Assembly: GCF_006345805.1 (NCBI RefSeq)
Contig: NC_042998.1
Location: 147,250,001-147,314,000 of the forward strand
Reading direction: 5' to 3'
DNA: 64,000 nucleotides
DNA from: Octopus sinensis
Taxonomy: Eukaryota
The translations under genes and the position numbers were made by a program. Below the pieces are notes generated by a model. That model ran no database searches and was not told where the DNA came from. It was given only the letters and a program-made list of their open reading frames with translations. This document shows, piece by piece, positions 25,446-39,420 of the stretch (position 1 is its first letter; every line of letters starts with the position of its first letter).

Positions 25446-26319
25446 GTGCATTATGTGGTCCGTTGAGCTGAAAATATGCACACCTATGTTAAAAGTGCTG
25501 GCGAGTTTGCATGGCAACTATGTTTTTCTTCAAATGAAAGGCGTGACTTGTAGAACAAAATTCCTCATCTTATAAAATGCGGCCCGAGTAGACCCGAATG
25601 AAATCGGGTTATATTAACCAAAATGTGAAAAGGGGTCTAAATGGGGCTGGTAGCGGATTAAAATTTACAGGAGCGGATGTTTAGGAATTCTCTGTTACAT
25701 CAAGCTAAACAATTTGCGCCAGCCTTTAAATCTTCAATGTGCTGCCATCAATGATGAAGAAGTTTTTAATGCTTGCCATGGTGAGTCTACTGTTGTGAGA
25801 AAGAATCACTTCAAAACTTGGTGTTTAGAAATTTTCTTTTACATCAAGTTCAAAATTTTACGCCAGTGTTTAAACTGCCACTACGTTGCTGGCCGTCGTT
25901 AAGAAATGCCAGCCATGGTGACTCTACTATCCTCAGATTCTATCCCTTCAAACTTTGGTTTCCAATATCTAAAAATTTTTTATTCAGCTCGCAATTTCGT
26001 CTGTCCCTTTGAAATGTTAGTGTTTTGCTGTCTGCCTTGAAGCAGACCTTTCCGTTGTCACTGCCTGATATTTATGATTGATCTTTCAAAACATTTTCTT
26101 TCTCAACTTACTCAAGATCTTTTGTTGTTTATAAATGGGAGATAGATAGATAGAGAAGGATAGAGAGTAAGAGAAAGCGAGGGAGAGTCCGAGAGAAAGG
26201 AAGAGTAAGAGAGTGGGAATGTGAGAGAGAAAGGAGAAAGAAACAAAGAGGGAGAAAGGAAGCAACAGAAAGTAACAACCACACTCTTACCCGCGCGTAG
26301 AGCGGGTCACCTTAAGCTA

Positions 26320-26320
<1 letters not shown>
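24752..26320 (+). mobile_element. Non-autonomous Helitron (H1)
   Basis: A|TCTATAAATC 5' end, 3' hairpin ACCCGC(gcgtaga)GCGGGT at 26289-26307, CTAG|T end, no TSD. Homologous to 48187-51210. Confidence 0.88.
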
Positions 26321-26362
<42 letters not shown>

Positions 26363-26439
26363 AAACAGATAGACAGATATATATGTAGGCATGCAGATTC
26401 ATACACTCAAATGTAAATACATGCACACACACACACACA

Positions 26440-26476
<37 letters not shown>

Positions 26477-26617
26477 TCACTCTCTCCCTCTCCCTCTCTC
26501 CCACTCTCTCTCTCACACACACACACACACAAGCATATATAAAGATATTTCCATCTTGATACACAGATACATACGAACAATCAGAAAAAGATAGGGAGTG
26601 GCTGAAAAGCACTTAGT

Positions 26618-26674
<57 letters not shown>

Positions 26675-27308
26675 TTGATGATGACAATGATATTATTGCA
26701 CAAATTAACAACGTCTCCATCGAGACACTTAAAGTAACTTTGCTGAATATGAAGAAGAAAAGGTTCATCCCAACAGCAACAAAACTAACAACAATACAAT
26801 TATCGCGATCACCGCCACCAACCAACAACAACTCCAACACCACTGACAATTACAATAGCCTCAAGAGCAAGAAGGAGACGAGAAGTGCTGATCTAATAAG
26901 TTTTCGCGTCGCTATATTAAGAACTAGACGACAGAGCTTTTATCACTGGCAAACATCTCGAGAATCTAAAATGTCTCCTTCTACATTACATTTTCTCATA
27001 GAAACGGATTACACAAATAAAATATAAAAATATAAATTCTTCTCATACAATAGCAACAACTACTGCAAACAGGCTTTAGAAACCTGACAAAACCGAAATC
27101 AAGAAAAAGAAGTTCGCAAAAATTCTTTGTCTTTTTCTGATACTAGAATTACTGGCATGTTTTGTGTTCTCAGACCTCCATATTTGTTTCTCTTTTCTTC
27201 GTATTTAAACTCTTTGCCTGTCCAAAGCATTTTCAAAAGTTTGTTTTAAACATCCATGCTTGTTTTCAAACTTTTAGTTAGCCCTTGTTTCATACATCCT
27301 GAGTAAAT

Positions 27309-27720
27309 CTTTTCTTTTTCTTGTTTCAGTCATTTGACTGCGGTCATGTTGTATCACCGCCTTAAAGAGTTTTTAGTCGAAGAAATCTACCCAAGGACTT
27401 ATTCTTTGTAAGCCTAGTACTTATTGTTATCGGTCACTTTTACCGAACTGCTAAGTTACAAGGACGTAAACACACCGGCGTTGGTTGTCAAGCGATGGGA
27501 AGAGAGGAGCGAACACACACACATATACACACACAGACACAGGCACAGACACACACATAAACACATACATATATACATACACGACGGGCTTCTTTCAACT
27601 TCCGTCAAACAAATCCACCTACAAGGTTTTGGTCGGCCTGAGGCTATAGTAAAAGACACTAGCCCAAAGTGTCACGCAGTGGGACTTAACCCGGAACCAT
27701 GTAGTTGGGAAGCAAGCTTT
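27309..27720 (-). mobile_element. SINE family B
   Basis: Tail TTGTTTCAGTCATTTGACTGCGG, internal (CA)n, head ...GGAACCATGTAGTTGGGAAGCAAGC. Confidence 0.92.
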
Positions 27721-27974
27721 TCATTTCATAAGTACCAAGTTACTCCGGTGGCTGAAAGTAAAAAAAAAAAGAAAAGGAAAGGAAATGTGTAGCATATCTG
27801 TATGATACCTGGAAGCCTGGGAAATGTGTCAAGCAAAGGATTAAGAATTGTATTGTTTCCTATACTTAAAACAAGGTACTCTGTTATAGACGGGAAAGGA
27901 AATGGGAAGTTATGGTACTTATGAATTTTCCAAAGACATTAGCAACGGTAAGATGGCTCTCACTAACGGGATGT

Positions 27975-28128
27975 CGTTAAGAAGTTAAGAGTTTGCTTCC
28001 CAATCATTTTGTTCTGGGTTCAGTTCCACTGTGCTGTATCCTGGGTAAGTGTCTTCTACTTAGCCCCGACACGACCAATGCCTTGTGAGTGAATTTGGTA
28101 CACGAAAACTGTGAAAGTCTATCGTATA

Positions 28129-28173
<45 letters not shown>

Positions 28174-28398
28174 TGTGTGTGTGTGTGTGTGTCTGCATTT
28201 ATGTTTGCCATCCCCATCACTTGACAACCGGTACTGGTTTCTTTACATCCCTGTAACTTAGCAGTTCGGCAAAATAAAACGAAGAATAAGTACCAGATTT
28301 AAAAGGAAGTATTGGGGTGGATTTGTTAGACTAAATCCTACGTGGTTGACCGTCCAGCATGACCGCTTCTTGATAAGTGAACCAAGTAAAAGATAAAG
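27975..28398 (+). mobile_element. SINE family B (diverged)
   Basis: GTTTGCTTCCCAATCAT...CCTTGTGAGTGAATTTGGTAC, (TG)n, ...CCAGCATGACCGC...GAACCAAGTAAAAGAT. Confidence 0.88.
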
Positions 28399-28988
28399 GT
28401 TCTGTTAAACTTAAATTTCAGTGTAGTATTATTTGTGTCAAAATACCTCTTTATTAACATTAATTTTTTCAGAAGTCCAATATCTTATAAAGAGAAAATA
28501 TAATCAATTAAATTGGCTCCAGTACAGGCCTCGTATTTATTATTGGAATAAAATACAAAGTTTGATTTTTGGCGCTGCCACATGTATAGCGCAGGGTCCT
28601 CACGATTTTCCACCACAGCTCTTATTTTCAAATATTTGAAAATCCACCGAGGGTGAATTTCTTTGTCCAAGTTTTGACTGTGGTCCTCACGCTTTGTTGA
28701 CGCCATATGTTGTTGCGTCAACCTATGGGTCGTTGTAGAATTCATGAGCTTTAATATTCTCTTAGCTTTCTCTTCTGATTTTAGAACCAGGTTATAGTTC
28801 CAAAAGTCTTGCTCCGTCCAATATAGCAGATCTCTTGCTACAAACTGGACAGGGCCTTTTCAAATAAACTTTCGGGGGCATGGAGAAATCCGAGATGCTT
28901 TTCAAGAAAAAGAAAAATTACACCGGAGATGTACTTGCATAGCAAGTGACCTGATCTGAGATCGTGTGCTGGTATGAATACAATTGCA

Positions 28989-29275
28989 GCGTGAAAGGTG
29001 TTTATAAGCCATTTAAGAAACACACAAAAACCGTTAGATACACTTCAACATTTATATTTAATTTGTCAAAATATGTTCGTGGCTTTGAGACTGCGACCTG
29101 TTCACTGACAAAATTCCGTGCTACGGAATTTTGTCAGTGAACAGACGGAATTTTGTCAGTGAACAGGTCGCGGTCTCGAAGCGACGAAAATATGTTGACA
29201 AATTAAATATAAATGTTGAAGTGAATCTAACGGTTTTTGTGTGTTTCTTAAATGGCTTATAAATACCTTCCACGC
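28989..29275. repeat. Hairpin palindrome (about 130-bp arms, 3-nt loop, 22-bp tandem duplication) carrying a G3:C8 hammerhead-like fold in each arm
   Basis: Centre AAATTCCGT-GCT-ACGGAATTT. ACGGAATTTTGTCAGTGAACAG occurs at both 29123-29144 and 29145-29166. Fold at 29152-29202. Confidence 0.9.
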
Positions 29276-30200
29276 AAAAATTACACCACTGTCCATTTAC
29301 CCTTTTCTCGACAAGCTAATCATGTCTTCTATTACGTACTTCACCTATTTCCCCCCCATTTTCTTGGATCTTTTAAAGGTCTAGCTCTATCCAAGCGTTG
29401 GCAAAAGTTGTTTCTGCTGCTAGCATAATTGTTGCAGCTACTGCTTCTCTTAAGTTTTGTTTACGTTCCTACTGCTGTTGCAGCTGGAATTTACATATGT
29501 TTTTGTAGCTCTCTCACTCAATTGGTTTGTGTGTACTCGTCAGCTGTGATAGTGGTGAAATTGGTGATGGTAGGTGTCGCTGTTACCATCGCTAACATTG
29601 GTTGGTGTTACTAAGAATGGAAGTGATTGGGTGGAGATGATGATAGCGGTGCCAATTATCACAGTGTTACTCTAGTTTGCCTACTCCTCTTACCACCACT
29701 CTTCCCACACATCTCATGTGTTATTACGATAGGCACCATATTGTTTAGATAATTTAACATTTCAAAACAAAAAAATAATTTTGAAGCAAAAAACATTTAG
29801 AAACAATTTCTACTTCTTGAAACGGGTAGAAAAGAAATTGACCATCACTCTTGACATCTGGCCACCTTACAAACAAAACGAACAGCAAGAGTTCATTGGT
29901 CATGCATTTATAAAAGATTTCCCCGTAAATTAGCGGATCATGATCAATAATTCAGAGTGGGACAAAAATAAGTTTCAGATTCACAATTTTTGTTAAATGT
30001 TTCAACAGCAAAAGCACAATGTAGACTGCCTGAAACCCTGATGGAAAATAGAAAAGAAACAATAATTCATTAATTACAAGAATATACCACTACCACCTGG
30101 CTAACGTCACTAACCCCAGAATGCAACGGAGAATACTTATAGGAGGTTTTTCTGCCGCACCCTCTACGATAACGATAGCTGTAGAAAGAAGTTTCAAATA

Positions 30201-30410
30201 GTTTTACTTGTTACAGTCATTAGACTGCGGCCACGCTGGGGCACCACCTTAAAGAATTTTTAGTCAAATGAATCGACTCAGAACTTGTTTTTACTTTTTG
30301 AAACTTGATACTTATTCTATCGATTTCTATTTCCGAACTGATAACTTGCGCGGACGTAAAAACACCAACATCAGTTGTGAAGCGGTGATGAGGGACAAGT
30401 ACACAAACAC
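30201..30410 (-). mobile_element. SINE family B, 3' half
   Basis: TTTTACTTGTTACAGTCATTAGACTGCGGCCACGCTGGGGCACC...GACGTAAAAACACCAACATCAGTTG. Confidence 0.88.
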
Positions 30411-30414
30411 ACAC

Positions 30415-30485
<71 letters not shown>

Positions 30486-31799
30486 GTGTGTGTGTTGTGT
30501 GTGTGCGCGCGCATGTAGGAAAAGGTTGAATTATATTTCGTCCTCTAATTTGGATGATCCAAAAAACGATTTCTAATAAAGATTCTTCATATTTTGTTGG
30601 TAGCTTACTGGCGTAAGTTTGCAAATATAAAAATAATACTTGTATATGGTGTGTTATGTGAATTTATGGAAAGGTATCTCATAAAACTCAACAAATTTGT
30701 TAAAAATGGAAAAGAGAAGATGTTAAAATTTGAAAGAATTTTAATTCATGCATACGATCGTTTCAAACAGCGATATTAAAACATGCAAATTCATGGTAGA
30801 ATAGAAATAACTAAATTAATTTGATCAAATTAAATTAACTATATATCACTGTTCAAAATTATCATTACAGAGGACTTGATAAAGGAAATAGCAAAGAATA
30901 ATTTCGGTATTCATACTTATGAAAAATACGAGCATCATATTAAAGAATGTGAGTCTAGTTATGTATAAACTAAAACTAAGGCATCTAACGGTTATTTGAA
31001 AATATAAGTGGAAAAGGTTTTATGAAAGGTTCCTCTATAGAAGAATAAAAAGATAGATAATTCAAACTCCAAATAAGTCATGTATGTAAGGACATTTTAT
31101 AGAAATGTCCAATGGAAAAGCATAGTTATGTTTGAATTAGGATATGACCTGACAGTTACAAACAATATTAGGTGTGGTGTGTATTAAAAAATTGTGCGTG
31201 AGACTGAAATTAAACTAGAGAATGTAGTATATAGGTGGCTACTAGAATGTAACGAAAATCAGTATTAAGGGTAGAAATGCTTAAAGAGCTACGTAAAGTC
31301 TTGTGATAGTGTAAGAACTAATATCTGTTTGTATGCATTTAATCTAAGGTTAAAAAAAATAAAAAATAGGAAATTAATTGTTAATATTACAGATTTAGAT
31401 AGTAAATACTTGCTATGGCAATAAATATTAAAAAGAACATTCAGAGGTTTAATTAGATGTAGTAAACTGAAAATAACAATGTAGGGCAGATAAGAGAGCT
31501 AGGAATGAAGGGTAGAAAGATTTTAAATTATAAGTATCGATATGTAATACATTGGCTATGTTTAGGTATAAATAAAAGTATGAATTAAGAAGCTAGCTTG
31601 GCATAAAGTGAGAGGGAAGCATATAGTAATATTATGTAAGAAAGTATTCAAGTAGAAGGTCATTGTGCATGGTGAATATAAGAATAAAAAAATTATGAGT
31701 AGTGGGTGCACATAAGTATACATAGATATAGGTATTCTAGTTGTGTTTCAAGTTGTTTTATTTGAGAATGTACATGAAGGAAAGATCACCGTATATATG

Positions 31800-31877
<78 letters not shown>

Positions 31878-32247
31878 ATAGATATATATATATAGATAGA
31901 TAAATAGATAGATGTGTGTGTGTATATATGTATATATATATGTGTGTAATATATATAATATATATATATATATATATTAATATATATATTTGCCAACTAT
32001 AGTGGCAGCCCCATAGAGGACGATGTTACTGTTGTTTTTAGCCCAGGAAGACATCTCCTCCATATAGGTGACGACACACTGTCTGTGTCCCATTATTATT
32101 TGCGAGGGGAGGTTATCACTCCCTTCTCTAGTATATATTTTACGATTCCGTACTATTATTGTTTACTCTCACTCATAGATTTAATATAACGTATATGTAT
32201 TATATATATATATATATATGTATATTCTTTTAATTTGTTATATATAT

Positions 32248-32279
32248 TCATTTGACTGTGGCCTTGCTGGAACACTGCT

Positions 32280-32328
<49 letters not shown>

Positions 32329-32545
32329 TATATATATATATATATATAGATATATAATATATATATATCCATACATAATATACACACACACGACGGGCTT
32401 CTCTCAGTTTCCGTCTACCAAACTCACTCAGAAGTCTTTGTTCGGTCCGAGGCTATAACAAAGGACACTTGCCCAAAGTGCTATGCTGTGGGACTGAACT
32501 CAAAGCCGTGTGGTTGGGAAGCAAGCTTACCACACAGCCACGCCT
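32248..32545 (-). mobile_element. SINE family B, internally deleted
   Basis: The tail fragment joins (TA)n directly, followed by ACGACGGGCTTCT...CCACACAGCCACGCC. Confidence 0.85.
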
Positions 32546-34551
32546 TCGATTATATGTACAGAAAATGTTCTTTTTGTTTGTATTTATTAACTTGTAGGTT
32601 TATATAATAAATCGTATAATTTTTGATTGCGTAATCTTACTGAATATCTGCAATCCCGGTGATTTCCTGTACAGAGTCAATCCACTACTTCCATAAGTAA
32701 TCACTCGACTATATTTATTCGCTCAAAGCTTACCTTCTTCTCCTCTTCATTTAATGCAATCAGATGATATTACGCTAAAGAATGCTTAAAAAAGTGTATT
32801 AGTCTGAGATATTTGATGTATATATATATATACATATATATATATATAATTAACATTCTAATCAAAACAAACAATAAGTTTTCACTTGTAAAAACAACGA
32901 GTTTAATCCTCTTCGACCTACTTTTGCCTGCTGTTGGTTATAGCGATATTATCTTATACAAATAAATATATCAATTATGACTTTGGCGGAGATATAATAA
33001 TTACAGCACTAAATGTTTCATTTTCTCCTGGAGATCATTACCTTCACATCTATAAAGGCTGGGTAATAAGAAATTATTCGCGTGCGTCTGTACTAGGATA
33101 CTGTTACAATATCAGAACTAGATCAGATTTTCATTTTGATTAAGTTAAAAAATCTAGTCTTGTTATATATGTGCAAATAGACTGTTGCCATAATTATACC
33201 CAGCCCATACTGTTTTGACAATTTAAATGTTTCTAACCCAGTTACTTTGGTTAAAAAATATAAGATATCTCCTTACATTTATTTAGCAAATTCCTCATCA
33301 GCCTCATTATATCTCTTACTCTACGCTGCTTGTCGTAAATTTAAGCAAATATACTAATAACGCAAACCAAATTTTGTTTCAAGATTTATACATACATTTG
33401 TTACGAAAATATTATTTCATGAGAAAAAATAAAAAAATAATAGGAGGCGAAAAAATGGGGGATGACTGAGCGGTTGTTGACCTCAACATCTCTGCTTTAT
33501 CTAATGATAACTAAAACAATCTGAAACTCATTTACTCGCTATAAATGATTTCACATCACAAAAATGCAGATGTATTAAAAGATAAAATCATTTAGATTCC
33601 GAAAAGACCAAACTCTACGCAATTATAATTTTATGTACTGTGAACAAGTTTAATTTCTGGTAAAGGAGTAATATGTGCAAGTACATAAAGCTGTTAAATT
33701 CATTATGAATTAATATTCAGTTCATTCCATCACATAATTGTGGTCTGGTCCCCGACGTATTTACACTTCAAAAGTTAGTGGAGCTGTGTCGTTGACCAGA
33801 TCACAGTCGGACAACGAAAAATATTAACATCTCATAAAATAAATTTAAATTTAAAATTAATTTTAACAGCTCTAAATGTAATTAAATGACTAAAATTACT
33901 CTTCCAAACGGGAGTTCTTTCAGTTTCAACACAGTCTCAGATTAAATCACAAATAATTGTTTCTTCTTGGACCCTCTTTGAGGTTCTGAACATGCGTATT
34001 TTGTGCTACTCCCACATCCAGCCCAGGACAGGTTTATTGCTGGTTGTACCAGCGTTGGGAGGAGACTACAATATATTTTTCGAACGGACCCTGCTGTCTA
34101 AGATACGAACGCATCCCTTGTTAATTCGGGCAACGGACAAAGCAGTATACTTATTCTTATGAACTTTTATTTCAATTTTTTGGTGCTCTTATTCGCAACA
34201 GGCACCAGGTAAGTGTAATGACGGTCCCTTCTGATTGAAATCTATGGAGGAAGTACTTGACGACCCTATCCCCCCGTGATGCGCCCAGGAATAGTGGGCG
34301 GCAAAGAGGATTGGATGGTCTCACATCAAATCACTTGCTACACAATGACTACTGCGAAATTTCGAAACCTTTAGTAAATATTTGAAAGCATGCAATTTGT
34401 ATAATCGGTCTCTGATAAATGAAAGGCAAATTCTATCTCGGTAGAACCTGGGGTAAGAAATTAAAGAAATGGAATTGAATACTATAGCATTCTAAATCTG
34501 TCGCTCTGTTCTCTCTGCTATTCTCTGCTACTCTCTTAGCCTTTCTTAGAG

Positions 34552-34630
<79 letters not shown>

Positions 34631-34659
34631 ATAGAAAGAGAAAGAGAGAGAGAGAGAAA

Positions 34660-34975
34660 TGGTCGAATAGTTAAGAAATTTACTGTGCAGTCACGTGGTT
34701 TCTGATCCAGTTTGGTTGCGCGGTACCTTGGCTAAATGCCTTCTGATATAGCCCCAAGCCTACTAATGCTTTGTGAATGAACTTGGTAGGCGGAAACTGT
34801 GAGGAAGCGCGTCGTGTATGTATGTATTATGTATGTATGTATGCATGTATATATGTATGTATGTGAAGGCGCGTGACCCACTAGATAATGTATTGCGCTC
34901 ATGTTCATAAGCTTGTGGGTTTGATTCCTGTACCGGATGGTGCGTTGTGTTCTTTATCAAATGTCATCGTTTCTC
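34660..34975 (+). mobile_element. Two adjacent 5' SINE fragments (family B at 34660-34815; tRNA/CORE head at 34864-34975)
   Basis: TGCTTTGTGAATGAACTTGGTAGGCGGAAACTG, then GTGAAGGCGCGTG...GGTTTGATTCCTGTACCGG...GCGTTGTGTTC. Confidence 0.7.
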
Positions 34976-35313
34976 ATTACTTCATTCTCTTCAGGTGAAA
35001 ATCAGTAACAGTCACCTCAGATTCAGCTCTTTCTCCCTTTAGCTGTCACAATCTCAACGTTCCATCAGATAACACAAAAAGAATGGAAAGAGTATCTATG
35101 CCTGCTATGACTACACAGGCACCTAAAACAATTAATGAAAGCGCGGTACATGTTACCAAGACATACTAGCGTGTGAAAGACAGCTAAGTCTTTTATGTAT
35201 GTATGTATGTATGTATGTATGTATGTATGTATGTATGTATGTATGTATATACATATATATATATACATATATATACATCAATCCATCCATCCATCCATCC
35301 ATACATACATACA

Positions 35314-35358
<45 letters not shown>

Positions 35359-35369
35359 TGTGTATGTAT

Positions 35370-35817
35370 TTATGCAATATATGTATATTCTACTTTTGAT
35401 TCTCAGAAATATTCCTCCGAGGAAGGAACTGGTTTCTAACAAAGATATAGCGCTCCGTCGTTGAAATGTAGATAGCAAAAACAATAGCACATGTTGAACT
35501 TGACAAAAGACTTACATATTTTTACTGTTCCACTTACAGATTGTATTCGTAATTTGATAGTTTAGTGGTTGATTTTTTTCTTATGAAAACCTATTTTCCA
35601 GATTATCACTTAGGCATTTATTCACAAAACCAAGGGCACCAATTATTATTGATATAAATATGAATTTATAATTTGTGCATAGAAACTGGAGGTTTCGAGG
35701 CAGTTGCCTGTAGTTATTGCTTTTATCCTTAATTTTCGAAGAAATATTCACATCAATAGGGCAGCCAATCTTTATGATGTTACATATTTTTCTTCTCTGT
35801 TCCTGTCTATGATACAA
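35370..35817 (-). pseudogene. 3' end of a non-LTR retrotransposon with restriction-like endonuclease (R4/NeSL-type)
   Basis: KICNIIKIGCPIDVNISSKIKDK..NY..L..NLQ...YKFIFISIIIGALGFVNK, then IQSVSGTVKICKSFVKF. Fits the RLE C-terminus pattern; the 3' UTR runs into a microsatellite. Confidence 0.78.
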
Positions 35818-36192
35818 GCATTGTTTTCTTATGGTAATGTAATCTTCCTAGGAGATAGTGCACCAACTCATATGGCCAGTGTTATTCAGAATTGGTATGA
35901 AGAGCACAAAAGTGAGATAGACCACTTGGATAGCCCCCCATCCCACCCAATCACCAGATCTCAGAATGATTAAACATTTATGGTGCATTTTGAAGTAAGT
36001 AGCAAGAATGGAGCACTTCTTTCCGCCATAGTCGCTGAAAGAACTAAAGCTGATTTCACTTGAAAGATGGCTCAAAATTCCCCTAACAACCGTTCAGAAC
36101 CTGTACAAGTCAATTACTCGACATCCTAAATTAATATTAAATAAAATAATAAAACTTCCATTGAATAAGGTGTTTCTTTTGTCCAACTCCTG
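35818..36192 (+). mobile_element. Tc1-type transposon 3' fragment
   Basis: VIFLGDSAPTHMASVIQNWYEEH...SPDLRMIKHLW...LKELK...W.KIPLTTVQNLYKSI; ends TGTCCAACTCCTG|TA. Confidence 0.85.
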
Positions 36193-39100
36193 TATATTCC
36201 CGATCACTGGAAGGAATTGGACCACCAAATAATAAATATTCAAAACTTATGCATGCATCGGTTTTGAACATGCAATCCAAAACAGGCTATTTTTGACATA
36301 AATCAAAGATCAGGAAAAGCCATACCAAAACGATGTATTTAACAGTTCAAAGTTTCCTTTGTTTTGAATAATTTTTTTAATGTTTTCTTTAGATACAATG
36401 ATTGTTTGTTTGAAAATCTGTCTGTTTGTCGATGTAATTATATGCCCTGCTTTCGACGAATTTTAGAAACTACGTCACTTCGGTTGTTTTGTGTTCCAGT
36501 AATGTCAGGGAGAAAGCTAGGAGAGTCGCATAGCCTCGATCTCTTTCCCTATAAACTTGTGACCTTGTAACTTCATTAAAGCATTCATTATTGTACGTTC
36601 GTTCAAAGGTCAGTGCAAACAGCCTACTCACTAGCAGTGACAATATAGAAGATTACATACACTATCAAGTTTGAAGTCCCATAGATTATGTAATCTATTG
36701 TCGAATTTAACTTTTCCTTTCATTCCTTCTCGATTAAATTTGGTCTTTCATGTGATGTTGTGGGAGGGAGATAAGTAGCAAAGCCATTGATGTGTGTAGG
36801 CTAGAAGTGATCTGATTCGGTGTGAATCAGTTTGGAAACAGAAGAATAAAAGGAATAATACGGCAGGAATGGCGCCAATTTTCCGTAAACAAAATACTTT
36901 AGAAATTAGCATGCTTCTTTCACAATGCTAGTTGAGAAGTTGCCATAATTTTTAACAAATGGTAACTAGTTTTCATCAATGTTAAACAGAAAAAAACTCT
37001 ATAACCGGTTATATACATAGAAAAGGAATGCTATATTAAAGATCTCCACTCCTTTTACAGATTCTTTATTTTAAAAATGACGACAGATTCACGACTGTCC
37101 ACATAATCGAGCAGTGCCCGGGTGTTGTGTTGCTGTATTCACGGGGTGGATGGCGGCAGTTGTAGTTGAGCACTGGTGGGTAGGTGGTCAGCAGTGGTGG
37201 ATGTCGTACAACCATCATGGTGTGTCGCATAGATATTCGCAGAGTAGTTAAAGCGAAGAGCATAGTGTTGTGTACTACAATAATATCTAGCAGAAAACCA
37301 CAAGGTAGGTGGCAACTGCTTATGATTTCGCTCAACGATGGGTATGAGCACTCCGCTGGTTTGCCTGCCAATTTTGTCTGTCAAGCCTTTAGCGCGTACC
37401 AGCCGGGCATTGTCTGATCATGTGAACAAGGCTCTGATAAGTATAATTTTTTTCTTCCAGAATTGCATTTCCAAAATCTGAGTGAGTCATCAATGAAACC
37501 ACGTCTACAATGCCGCAAAATACTGTATATTGATGTGGTGCAAGACGGGAAAGTAGTTACTGTTCGAACGGTAGCCATTGTTGGAAAAGAAACAAAAGAC
37601 CATTTGAATACGTGTCGTGTAAATGGTTAAATGTTGATAAAAAGGATATCAAGACAGGACTGCAGTGTAGCGGATGGTGATGACAGAATTATGTTAGAGA
37701 GATTGATATAAGATATAGTAAGTTATTAGACAGGTTGTGAAAATAATAATTTCAAGATGAAGGAAATGGTGAGAGGAAACTCATGTTGTGATGGATGAGA
37801 GAGTGACGAAATAGATATGCTAAGAAAATAGAAGGGATTTGGGGTTACTTCTCTACATTCCAATACATTTTTTTACATGATGCTACTTCCTGTGATTCTG
37901 CAACAGAGGTATCTGAGGTAAGATAACAGAAATAGTTCCGTTTACCTTTTACAAGAGAAATATAAAGCCCAGAGTCTTAACGTACCGTCTGGTAGGGTTT
38001 ACAGAGTTTATGGGTTTTTGAAAGAAGATTACTATTTAGATGAGAAAAGAAAAGCAATGCCTATAAGTTTAAAAACTAAATCTAGGTTGCTGGTGTTGGT
38101 TAATGCAGTAGCTGTTCAACTTAAAAGAAACTATAGACAGAGGGTGGGAAATTATTGTGACATTTGGGGTTTGTTTGTTGAAACAATGGGAATGAGGAGG
38201 TGACAAAGGTGGGCTTTGATGGAGTGGGTTTGGATGGAGTGGGCTTGGACGGAGGTAGTACACATCATGATGTTTCAAAGGATCAGAAATCGTTATATTA
38301 TTGACGGAAGAGACAGGGAAAGGAAATAAAGCGCCCTTAACCGTCAGTTGTAGTGTGTTGGTGAAAGAGTCTTTTCTCATCAATCAGTCAAATGGGTGTT
38401 TGTAGTAGCAACTTCGTCTTAGATATATAAGCAGTAATTCAGCAAATATAACTCCTGTAGTCAGGAGCCAGTTCAGATCAGATCAAAGTTAAAATATTTT
38501 GGGGCCGTAAAGAAGTAATTTAGATTTTTGGATGCCTTTTTTGTAACTTCATAAATGTCCGATCGTTGTTAAAGATCACTAGAGATTATTTTGTAGCTTA
38601 GCATTTGTTGTGAGTTTGTTGTCTTGTTGGTAGATACGGCGGTTATCCTCTCGCCATTGGAAGCTTTCTTTAAAAATTTTTGTTCATGTTAAAGGTCAAA
38701 CGTCAGGTGTCTTGGTAACGTGGCAGTGTGTCTTTGTACGAAATGTATGGTGTAGAAAAAGAGTTGCTACATCGCTTCATTTGCCAAAGATATTTAGGAA
38801 GTTATGTTGTGAGAAGTAATAGTAACGTAATGTACAGAACAGAGAGAGTGAGATCCATAACTGAATCTATACTAGAGAAATACTATGTTAGATATGTTAC
38901 TATAACTTACTAGAGCAATACTATAAAATATTGGAGATATTACTTTAATATACTAGAGATGTTATTATAATTTCCTAGATGTATTACAATTATATACTAG
39001 CGGTATAATACAGTTTATAGAATGGGAGGCGGAGAGGAGTGTTAAATTAAAATAGCTTTAAATAGAAACTGAAACCGGACCGAAGAGTTTGACTCACCGG

Positions 39101-39420
39101 TTACTTACCTTCTATTTTGTTTTATTTGTTTATTTATTTATAAATTTGTTTATTTATTTATTATCATCGCTATCATACTTGTATCGTATTTCGTGAAAAC
39201 GTTGGAATTTGATAGCTGACATGTATACAGACAGAAACTCATCCACTCACACAAATCTATCTATCAATCTGTCTATCTGTCTGTCTGTCTGTCTGCCTGC
39301 CTGCCTGTCTGTCTGTCTGTCTGTCTGCCTGTCTGTCTGTCTGTCTGTCTGTCTGTCTGCATAAACATGTATGTGCGTGTAAATCAGTGTGTATGTATGC
39401 ATGTATTTATGTATATACAA

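Noticed and set aside
25714-26012. Overlapping 62-64 aa ORFs open in both large Helitrons (also 48800-49098)
   Set aside because: Differences between the copies include many amino-acid changes, so there is no sign of purifying selection. The SHG resemblance to the RepHel helicase motif is too short to trust.
30600-31740. Purine-skewed AT-rich block resembling decayed coding DNA
   Set aside because: Stops in all frames and no identifiable domain.
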